A DNA stretch of 46,173 nt from Dimargaris cristalligena. Lineage: Eukaryota. The notes below the pieces were generated by a model. The model worked only from the letters and a program-made list of their open reading frames with translations. It was not told the DNA's origin and made no database searches. The stretch covers positions 1 to 46,173 of the forward strand of contig ML002295.1 of assembly GCA_003614675.1 (NCBI GenBank), read 5' to 3'. A program made the translations under genes and the position numbers. Below are positions 36,216 through 46,173 of the stretch, piece by piece. Each line of letters begins with the position of its first letter. Within the stretch, counting starts at the first letter, position 1.

Positions 36216-37503
36216 TATGGACGACGACAGCGGGCTGCTCTCTACCCTGCACGCCCGTCTTACCCACGCCCGCTGCTCCTATAACCGGAGAAGAGGTCGT
36301 TGACTCCCCATCCTGGGGGAGTGCCTTCTATTGCTCATGCATAAATGACGAACTGGCCCACATGGTTATCCAGGTGTTTGCCAGACAGTTTAGTTCAGGC
36401 CGATCAATAATAAGTCCCTGGTACCGGCCCCCTATTGACAGTAATACACTCTGTTTAAACGTACCTGCCCCTGCTTCTTTAAATTACACCAACATCTTCT
36501 ACCTCGCCCACTCTAATAAATGAAACCCCTTTCATCAGCGCACACACACACACACACACATGTACAGATATCGAGTCGACCACAGATAATTCAGTACTGG
36601 TAATTTATTTTTTTGGAGATAGCAAAGGAACGAAAAAATACCGATGTCAACTGAATGAGAGCAGGAGAAGAGAGCGCATGGGTTGGGGGGAGGAGGGGGT
36701 AAAAGTAGCATAAGATAGCGATCAACCTATGGAAATAGGGATGGAAGGAAAGTGAACAATGGGGAAATTGCAATTCAAAAAAAGGTGGCTTGGAGAGCAT
36801 TCGAATAATTGGTGTGACTGGAAACCAAAATAATAATAAGGATAATAAGGATAGTAATAATGGTAAGGCGGTTAGAGAACAGCCAAGATGATTGATAGAT
36901 CGAATGAGGAGGGGATCGATGCCGAAATTGGGAATGGGCATTGACTTGTAGTGGAGTGGAAGGGAGGGTGAGGGTGCAATCAAAACATTAATAATGATAA
37001 TGCTAATAATAGTAATAATAATAGTAATAGTAAAAAAGAGACAAAACAATGTTCGAGGCTGGGGGCTATGGCCCAAAGGAGGCAACGTTTTTGGAACAGC
37101 GAGCAGTATTATAATTATAATGAAAATGAAAAATAATAATAAGAGTATTCAAGACTCGGCACGCAGAATGGGCATCGTTTGATGCAGGTAATGATGGAAG
37201 CCATAACACAAAAATTAAAACAGACACGACAGGTAGTAATCTCTCGCTCAAATGATTAAATAACGCTATTATTTGGGATGTTAAAGCAAAGAAAAAAGGG
37301 GGGAAATGGGGTGGGTGGATAGGGATATAATATGAAATGAAATGAAGTGAAGTATGTGGAGTGTAGTTGGTATGATGGGTGGAGAAGCGGGGTAAAATAG
37401 GCGGAACGCCCTCTCACATGGTTCCATAATGGGTCGGGTCAATAATAGTAAGAGAATACCGGGTAAAAAAGGCAGATCCCTCCCCGCTTCTTATCAGGCA
37501 AGT

Positions 37504-40500
37504 CTAATCCAAAAGAACGAGATCGCACCACTGTTCGCCCAAGTGTTCCGAATTCTTCATTCTCCGCTTGCTAAAGCCATTGTCGATCATCAGGGCCTCC
37601 AGCTGGCGCCGGTTGGCCGTGTCCTCGGGCGCCACCTTCTGTTTGTAGCAGGAGGCTGCGTAGGCGTTGTATAACGTGGTGGGATGGACGGAGGTATAGG
37701 GCTTGATCTCAATATGGTTTTCCATGAACACACCAAAGTGTTCCACCAAACCCTCGGGAAGGTCGTCGACATCGATTGAGCTTTCTTCGCTGCAATCGGA
37801 GTCCTGGTCGTCGCCCTTACCCCGACGGGGGTTAGTGGGCAGCTTGCCCGCGTCACCCAGGTAGTTGGGGGTGTTATTGCTCAGCTGGCTGGTCCGGGGA
37901 CCATTGTGCATGGCCAGGTCCAGCGCCCGGGCCGAGGAGGTTCGCTTCCCGCCGGCGGGGGAGTTGTCGTCGTTCGACATACCCGGTGACCGCATGCTGT
38001 GGGAACCCACTGAAGTAAAGCTAGCGTTGTTGGTTCCGAAGAAGGAGTTGCGCGGCCGGGAGTTCTGGGCTACGCCCCGGCGGGGTAAGGTAGCGAAACC
38101 CTCCTGACCGTTTTGGTAGTTCATATCCGGGTTGTACACGGAATTGCCCATGCTGGGACTCCGGGGCGAGTAGTAGGAGTTCCGCGGCCGCTGGTTACCG
38201 TTGCCGGCGAGGGCGGCGAGAGAGACGTGGTCGGTTTCATCGTCATGGCCGTAGGGCATGCCATTGGGGGGGAAATAGCTGTTGCGCGCGGGACCACCGT
38301 ACATGCTGGCCGGGTGATAGCCGGGCTCTGGACCACCCATTCCCCCCATGCCAAGTGGCACGTCGTCATCCTCGTCCTCACCGTCGGGGATTGACATTTG
38401 ACCGAGCCGCGTCTGGCTCAACGAGTGTTGACGGCCGGCCAGGTAGGGGTTGTTACCGGGACCAAATTGGTTAGGAAATCCGTAATCGCTACCGCTACCG
38501 CCGCCGTACATACCACTTCCCATGGGGGATTGGTATCCGTTCTGGTAGGCGGCCGAAGGGGCACTGTTGGTATGCATCCGACCGCCCCCGCCCTGTTTCT
38601 GGGTCAGGGCACTGCGCAGATAGCTCGAGGCATCAGTATACTTGCGCTGCTCCTTCTGCTGCTGACGAGCGGCGATGGCACCGACCAGACCTCCCTTGGC
38701 TGGGTCGTGTTTGGATCCGAGCTGGACCAGAGGACCGGCCTTTTGGACCAGCATCTGCTGCTGCTGCCGCCGGTCGGCCTCTTGCATAGCCATCAGGGTA
38801 AGCGGTTGCTGAGGTTGGGCCTGTCGGGGCCGCGTTCCGTAGCCGGTGTCGGATCCGGCGTAGTGGGGGTTCATGTGCTCACCATACTCGGGCATATAGC
38901 CCCCCCCCCGAAGGATCGTACATGGAAATGGGACCACCCGTGAAGGGAGAAAACCCGATGGGTGGGTAGGGGGCACCAGGAGTGGCGACCATTCCGGGAC
39001 CGTAAGCACCGGGAGGGGCGGCTCCGGCGAACATGGGAGCGCCTGGGTAGCCCTGGGGGGCCATATACGAGGTCCGACCGGCAGGGTTGTTGGGATCCAT
39101 ACCGGGGGTAAAGGGGCCGGCCATGCCCCCGGGGTATCCGTTGGGCATCGGCTGGAAGGCCGGTGGGGTCTGCAGCACCGGGGCGGCCTGGGGTTGGTCA
39201 AATCCGTCCTGGGCTAGCGAGGCCTGGGTCTGCGGATTCATTTTGCCCCAGGACAGATGGGATGAGGAGCTAGTCTCGGAGCTGTCGCGGTGGGAATTGC
39301 GGTTGGGGATTTGGCTGAAGCGGGGAGCACCGCCCGGGGCGGCTTCCCCGGACATGGCCGAGGGATGCTGGTAGGCATTCAAGGTATTGTCGGAATGGGT
39401 GCGGACGGGTTGGTTGGGGTAAGCGGGTTTGACGGTGGGGGTCGGGTCGCTGTGGCCCTCATCATCGGAAGACTCCGAGTCAACGGGGCGGGCCACCTTG
39501 GTGCGCGCGGCCTTCTTCCGGCCCTTGGTGGCGGTTGGTTTGGCGGAGGGAGTTTGGACCGCCATGTCAGTGGGCGATGATGCACCCGAGTCTACGGGCT
39601 TGGTAGTGCTGCCGCTGATGGTCAGGGCAGTGGCCCGCTGGGAGATTTCCTTAATGGAATTATCCAGGTCCAGGAGGGACGATCCACTTGGAGGGGGCGG
39701 TGGTAGGAAGGAAGCGGAAGCCGACGGAACCGGGGGGAGAAGAGGCTGGGAGGCAGCATTTTGGCGAGCATTATGGTTCTGGAAGGGGGGAGCATCGCTA
39801 TTATTATAATCATTATCATCATCATCGGATTCGCTGGCCAGGGGCTGGCTAGTGCGGTGCTTGGTCCGGGCGGTCGATCCCGCGGGTGGGGCGGTCGTGG
39901 GCTGAATAGGGGATGTGTAGGTGGGGGCGCCGTAGGTTTCTTGGTAGAGCTCCTCGAATATGGCGCGGGTCAGCATGGGAGGGGCATCCTCGACCTGGAC
40001 TTCCTGGGTGATGGGGTCCCGCGGATCCAGATAGAGAATATTGGGGTTAAATGACTGCGAGTTGCGAAGTGAGTGGGGGCGGCCGTAGAGACCAAAGGCG
40101 TCGTAGAGACCGACGATCCAGGAGAAGAGTTCCTGGGCGGTCGGGGCCATGATGAGGGCGAAGTGTAGGGTGGTGGCCAGGGAGATACTGTCGGGTTCGT
40201 GGGCGGTGAAGGTGGCCTCGACCTTGGCGATGGTGGCCATGTCGACCAGGTCCACTTTTTCGGGATAGATGGCGTAGGCGTGTTGGATAGCGGTGATGGT
40301 AGCCAAGGGGGTACCGCCGGGCTGGTTGGCGGGGTAGAATTGGAGCTGGGGCGGGGTATCGGGGGCAGAGCGGAGCACCACCCAGAACTGCTGCCAGTCC
40401 AGACTACCGGTAAAGCGGGCCTGGAGATAGCCCTGCCGAACGACGGATCCGGCGGCGGACTGTTGGAGGAGGGCGGAATAGGAGCAGGTCAGGTAGGTGA

Positions 40501-40984
40501 GGGTGTAGTTTTCGTAGAGTTTGGCGACCTCGAAGCCCAGCAGACGGAGGGCAATGACCCAGGTGAGCATTTCCCGGTGTGAAGGGGCCTGGTAATAGAA
40601 GAAGTTGGCGCCGGAGGAATTGAGGGAGAAGATGGCGTCCCGCTTCTTGAGGCGGCCGACGACGTGGACTAGACAGTCGGTGATGTTCATGAAGTTGGGG
40701 GTGTTGTTGGCCTTGATCGTGGTCAGAAGCTGGTGGGCTTCTTCGGAGTTGGTTCGCAGCAGGTCGATGGTTTCGGGCGGCATATGGGTGAGGTTCCAGA
40801 AGACGAGGACGGGACCGCATAGTTCGACGAACCAGGGGGTCCAGGCCTTGACGGCAAAGGGCTGGCCGTCGGCGGATGTGACATTTTTTTTGTACAACAC
40901 GCCCTGGATGTAAAGTTTGTTTTGAAACAGATCAAAGGCGTCGGCGGTAGGGCCCATGACCGCCGCTAGGTTGGATGAAGCCAT
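37504..40984 (-). CDS. Caf120/Skg3-like PH-domain protein, about 1159 aa if the frameshift at the G10 run (38900-38909) is repaired
   Basis: ORF 40984-38879 carries two PH-like regions (WTPWFVELCGPVLVFW, PNFMNITD, SLNSSGANFFYYQ, FEVAKLYENYT, GYLQARFTGSLDWQQFWVVL, AYAIYPE, YDAFGLYGRP). ORF 39201-37504 continues the same P/G/M/Y-rich composition and contains GGLVGAIAARQQQK, which I recall as a family motif. Deleting one G joins the two ORFs. Confidence 0.78.
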
Positions 40985-41269
40985 GGAGCGGAGGGATGGT
41001 TAGTTCGGAGGGATGAAGAATGAATGGAAAACAAAAGGCGGTACAGGGGAGAGAAAGACGGCAGACTAGGACTAGTGCTAGTAAGTAGTTAAAGTAGGCC
41101 CCGGCTATATTATTACAAAGAACGAGAACAAGAGCCGACTGAGTAAGTACGAGGAGAAAAGGGAGGAGGGAGAGAGAAGGGTGTCAGAAGGAAGTAATCA
41201 TAATAATAATCTGGCTGAGGCGTACTAGAACACTGGTATGCTATACTGCTACTCTATACTGCTACTCTA

Positions 41270-41342
<73 letters not shown>
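41270..41342. repeat. (TAC)24 microsatellite
   Basis: Perfect trinucleotide run, preceded by two copies of CTATACTGCTACT (41241-41266). Confidence 0.95.
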
Positions 41343-41343
<1 letters not shown>

Positions 41344-42671
41344 CCAGCCTAATCCAAAGTGAGGGAGGCCTGTGGGGAGTTACGTCGACTCCTCCCATCA
41401 GGAAAAGTACCAGCCGAAAAAATCAAAGGATAGAAGAGGCTGTGCGCACGTAAATAATACTATCTACTGCATGTCGGTGGCCCCGACGACGTCAACGGCC
41501 CCTCCAAGGGGGAAACCGAGGGGCGAGGTAAGACCGCTATCTACACTGAAACTAAACGGGCCCGTCTTCGTCATTATCGTCGTTTGACCTTCCTCTGGGT
41601 GCCCAAGCAATACCCTCCTTCTATTCCAAGTCCAGCAAGACGGATCGCCGCCATGTTGCTGATAATGCCTGATAAATAGTGGATGGGCCTGGGCGTGCGG
41701 GGGACTAAGACACCTCCTACTCACACTGGCTCCATAACCCCTACATTGCCAAATGATCCCCCGTTGCGTACGGCACACCTGGTAGGAGGGCTATTGTTCT
41801 CTTCGCCTTCCCCAAAAATTACCACCAAGGCCTCTTCGTCTCTTTGCTTTCAGCCACACACCCCCCTTCTTCCTCCTTCACCGCCCCCGGCTCCCCATAG
41901 ATTGGCGAACAGGCCTTGATCGGCCAGCCCCTCCTACCCACTTCCGCCAGCAATGGCGGCTCCTGCGGGCCCACACTGTTACGCCGCGCGGACGACCGGC
42001 ATTTTCCCGGTGTCCCGCGGAACACCTTTCACGAAAACCACACTCGATTCCACTGTGACACTGGCCATGCAGCCCTGGGTCACCACCGCCCTCCCCCCGC
42101 TTTTTTATTACCATTATCATTATTATCATTATTTAAAATACGGCCTGTCCAACCGTCTTTCGGGGGTACAAGACCGCGTAGCCCGCACAACATGCGAAAT
42201 CCGCTTCCCCACTTCCCAGTGACTGACTACTCTACATTGGCCCGCCCACGTGGACCAGCGGCGGCCACCGGGGTCTGTCTGCACAGCCCGGCCGATACCA
42301 TCCCTCACTGTGCCAGGGGGTTTTGTTGGCCAAGAAAGGGTGAGAGGAATGGCTTGATTGGTATGTATTACTAATAGTGCCTTCTTTCTCCCACTGATCA
42401 CACTGCTATTGTTCCTAACTACATGCCTTGTTCCCCAAAATTAGATCGGCCTGGACTTTTGGGGGGCTTACCTTCCTTTTGAATGAAGGTTGTCCTGATA
42501 TAAATAGATTCGTCGCCCACTCTTTTCCCGTCGCCTAATAATACCTTCCGGTTGGGCCAGCTCTGCCCGTTTTTGACAAATGGAATCCCGCCACCATTAT
42601 TCCACAGTCCACGATTGCCCTGTATAAAAATAGCTGTGAATGACGCTGAAGGTAGCTGCTGGGCTGGTTGA

Positions 42672-42743
42672 GAACAGGAACAGGAACAGAATTGGAAATG
42701 GAAATGGAAATATAAATACAAATAGGAATACAAATAGGGATGT
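42672..42743. repeat. Degenerate hexamer tandem array
   Basis: GAACAG GAACAG GAACAG AATTGG AAATGG AAATGG AAATAT AAATAC AAATAG GAATAC AAATAG GGATGT: 12 in-phase units that drift gradually. Confidence 0.7.
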
Positions 42744-43542
42744 ATATATAAATAGACATGGATACACGAATAGTGACAGTGCTGAGAGAGCCCTTACAGT
42801 CTGTAGGGCCTTCCAACCCCCTCCCCAAAAAATCACCAGTGTATATACTACTACCCTTCCTTGGCGCTGAACTCGTTCCCTATGAAAGCACCCCCATTGG
42901 CCAGTCTCCCCTGTTTTCCTACTTTCGGCCCACTCCTCGTATCCTATGTATGCCCCATGGGCCGTCCGTTATAGTACACAACGCCCCGTCAGCAGCCACA
43001 TCCAAATGCATTCCAGTGGTTCAGCGATGTCCCCCTTTGTTTCCTTACCCTTTCTTGTCTGGCCCTACTGAGATGAGGGTTCCAAACCCCTTAAGTTCGT
43101 GAGTATTACCGCTGGGTCATATTAGCCGCCGTTTCCCATCTCCTATGAGTTCTCGCCATATTGGCCACGTCAATCAGGCAGGGTCTACTCACTCATTACT
43201 CCAGTTTTAGTGCATAATCCAGCTTGGCCGAGAGTTCAGGTGACGATCAATTTAGGTTCCGACTGCAGATGCCATCTAGCATCCGTCTACCCTACCAAAT
43301 ACCTCGAAATCTTCAAATAATATGCCATCTCGTCCGAACGAATCTAAACCGGGAAATGCGAGGCCTCCGAGCCCGGGCCCACTACAGAGTCGCCATTTAA
43401 ATAACGTCGCACCGCCATCCTACTACCGCTTCGAAACATAACCACCCATCTACTTTTTTATCTAACCAGCCATTTTCTTCTATTTTCTCTTCTAGCCCCG
43501 CTCCCATCCTAGCAACCAGTTGCGCCGCCCATCTCCCCAAAA

Positions 43543-44130
43543 ATGTTTACTTTCCCGTGCTTAACTACCGCCCCGGCCAAGCCGGCCCGCCCGCTCATCG
43601 ACCGACCAGTGGACCTCCTCCTGTTTATTTACTTCGTGGTCCACGTCCCCATCATTCTCTTCATCGACAGCCAGAATATCCTTCCGACCCAGTTCTTCCC
43701 CGGGTTTCTGCGGAGTATTCTCCGGTCCTGGGTGGACGCCTCGGGCGATCCCTTCGTCCAGATGGACCCGGGCCCACTGGATCCTAACCTGATTTGGTTC
43801 TCCACCATCGTAACCATCGAGATGCTGTTCCATGTCCCTTTTAACTGCTACGCCGCCTACGAACTGTACCGCGACTCGCCCTGCTTCGATCTGCCCCTGC
43901 TCATGATGGGGGTCCACTCGGCGACCTTCGTCGTGCCCATGGTCGCCAGTCTTTGGCTGGGCTTTCCCCAGCTCACCCTTGACCAGCGCTTCACTTTGAC
44001 GAAAATGTACGGCCCGTACGTGTTCATTACAATTGGTATGGCCGTTAAAGGACTGCGCTCTATTATCCAGTCGGCTCAAGAGAACTCGGATGCGGGTCAG
44101 AAGTCGATCGCGACTAAGAAAGGGTTGTAA
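43543..44130 (+). CDS. TMEM97/sigma-2 receptor-like EXPERA-domain membrane protein, 195 aa, intronless
   Basis: RPVDLLLFIYFVVHVPIILFIDSQ, GDPF, WFSTIVTIEMLFHVPF, GVHSATFVVP and YGPY. Four TM helices and a C-terminal KKGL (KKxx ER-retrieval motif). Confidence 0.85.
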   Translation: MFTFPCLTTAPAKPARPLIDRPVDLLLFIYFVVHVPIILFIDSQNILPTQFFPGFLRSILRSWVDASGDPFVQMDPGPLDPNLIWFSTIVTIEMLFHVPFNCYAAYELYRDSPCFDLPLLMMGVHSATFVVPMVASLWLGFPQLTLDQRFTLTKMYGPYVFITIGMAVKGLRSIIQSAQENSDAGQKSIATKKGL

Positions 44131-45338
44131 TTCCCCTTCCGGTATTCGGATACTCCAAAGAATGGGCCGGACCAACCAGACTTCAGTTTAGTGCGTTCCG
44201 TAATATTGGATTGTAGCACGTTATTTAGGCTACTTCTCGCATGGACCCCACGACAGGGAATGGTCAGTTGGTCATTCTGGGTATATTTTTTATATCACCC
44301 TATTCAACTACCAGTATTTTTAGACAAGTTTATTTCAGGGGCATGTAAATTTATATTGCCGCCTGCCTATACATAGTTTCTTATCTCTGTAAGCCACCCG
44401 ACTTAGGGAGACAGGGTTGATGTAGGTGCGCAGATTCCGGGCACCCCCCCACTTCCCTTTTCTCTTCTTCTACGTATAGTCTTTGTCTTTTTATTGGTTT
44501 AATTAAGTCCAGCTACCGACGGACTTTGGTATTGGGTAAAATAAATGGCTACAGCTCCGATTTCCCTTGCTTCCAGTGCAGTCTACCCGATTTTAAATTT
44601 ATGGACCACCACACTCCACACTTAATCTGGCTATCTGTTGGTTTTACCACCCCTAGTGAGTTTCTTTTCTTCCAGTTCATTTGCGTGGAACCTCAGTCAC
44701 TTCCATACCAATTTGAAATTAATATAAATATCCCTAAATCCTCTTTGGCGTGATTGATAGGGGTAAACTCCCACCTAAGTCGGACGGACTTTGAATAAAG
44801 TACGTATACATGTATAAATCCCACATCTGTTTTTAATCAGGTTTACTTGCCCCATCAAGCAGATTTGTTATACACGCCGGCTGACTCTCAACTATATATA
44901 TATATATCAGCATCCCTTTTAGTTGACAAGCCCCTTTTGTTTGGCACTTTGCCAATTCGTGGCTCATTTCAGCATTAGTGACATATCACAGTGACTTAGT
45001 GAATACCCACACTCGCCCGGTTCTTAATTGATCCACTCCTGGCAAGTCCCCGGGTACAGTCCCTTTGGTGACAAAAGTCGGGATCACAGACATACACCCC
45101 ATCACCATTGTCTCAATCTATAAATACCGCCAACCACGCAGTGGAGTGGTTGGCCCATTGTAAGTGTGGGAAAATATAGAAATGGGTGACAAGTCCCCCC
45201 CCACTGGATTTATTACCCAATCAGGCCATTTTTAATCCCATTAACCAGGGAAAAGAGCTCTACTCTACTCTACCCAGCCTAGCCTAGCCAAAATGCCCTG
45301 CCGGGTCCGTCAGTATATCACTGGGTGCGAATCTACAC

Positions 45339-46100
45339 TTAATTAATAATCCGGTCGACGTGGGCGATGCGGTGATCCAGGATAAATTGGGCATTGAGCA
45401 TATCATTTTGGTCCACCTGGTGGGTGGCGGCTGTCTCGTCTGAACCTACCGTACAATCATAATATAGGGTATACATTCGTAGGGTTTTTAACCATTGCAA
45501 TGTCCACCACCCAACTCCCCTAGGTTAAGAACAATTATTTTTTTGGAAGGGAATAAAGCGGCCTAATAATATTAAGGTCATGGGCACGGTGTCTGACCTG
45601 CATCGGGAAAAATAAACGAAAGAGGTAGGCATTGATTTACTTCCAAAAGTCCCCCGCCCTTTTTCGAATTCAGAATGAACTTACAGATTCCGGCTTGGAT
45701 ATGGCGGTGAATCAACCGGCGGCGGCACTCAGTCGGGTCACATTGCAGCCACCAATTTTCGTCCATCAGCACAGGCAGGTTTTCCCAGGCGTCTACTCCT
45801 TGTAACTGCAGGTAGATACCCTCAACAATCACCAGTCGGTGACTAATGCATAAACACATACTAAACGGCATAGCCCATATTAAACCAGTCTGCAGCAACC
45901 CATGGTCTCACACCCCAGGAGAGGCCGTGAATATTCATAGTTCGGCAGTAGGTGGGTGGATTACATCTCTCCTTACGTTGATTTAATAGTAATCGCATCG
46001 TTGACCGGATCCTTTAACTCATGGTCGAACGAAGGGGCGGATATCACGAGGGTTGCGGCCCCTATCGGTTGGCGAACAAGGCGAACGAGGTCAACAAATC
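45339..46100 (-). CDS. P-loop kinase of the YFH7/YggC (PRK/URK/PanK-like) family; last three exons only, 5' part lies beyond the window
   Basis: Exons 46100-45977 (APSFDHELKDPVNDAI), 45842-45685 (HRLVIVEGIYLQL...WWLQCD...RRRLIHRHIQAGI) and 45445-45339 (CSDETAATHQVDQNDMLNAQFIL...IIN*) splice in frame at GT-AG sites. Confidence 0.85.
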
Positions 46101-46173
46101 CTATTCATAAAGATATATGGCACAATACACTAAGGATGGGTGAAAATGCTCCGGATGGGCTCTAAATGCGCTG

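Noticed and set aside
36345..36405. ATGAC...hairpin in the MAPKK 3'UTR resembling a SECIS element
   Set aside because: No properly placed 3' GA partner or apical AA, and the kinase CDS has no in-frame TGA (it ends in TAA).
36591..37251. Hydrophobic Ile/Leu-rich ORFs
   Set aside because: They arise from AAT/TAT low-complexity 3'UTR sequence between convergent genes.
38113..44175. Long antisense and alternative-frame ORFs over the PH-protein and TMEM97 genes
   Set aside because: Shadow ORFs expected from the high third-position GC of the real genes.

Overview
Eukaryotic, intron-rich genomic DNA with GT-AG introns, CTRAY branch points and many microsatellites. Gene content and style suggest an early-diverging fungus; Zoopagomycota/Dimargaris-like is my inference, not shown. 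I support 13 protein-coding genes: a partial 7TM(-RGS)-like receptor, MON1, an intronless STEAP-type metalloreductase, an orphan secreted protein, a beta-carbonic anhydrase, a small secreted protein, Xaa-Pro aminopeptidase, COX9, RAD23, a PBS2/Wis1-type MAPKK, a Caf120/Skg3-like PH protein split by a frameshift in a G10 run, a TMEM97/EXPERA protein and a partial YFH7-like P-loop kinase. Exon boundaries were deduced by hand. The most notable observations are four copies of a ~131-144 bp MITE-like element with ~30 bp terminal inverted repeats, an animal-type STEAP2-4 architecture in a fungal context, and a winged-helix-like (RFX/D5 primase C-terminal) domain behind the G10 frameshift. I see no tRNA, rRNA or CRISPR, and no clear multi-gene functional system.
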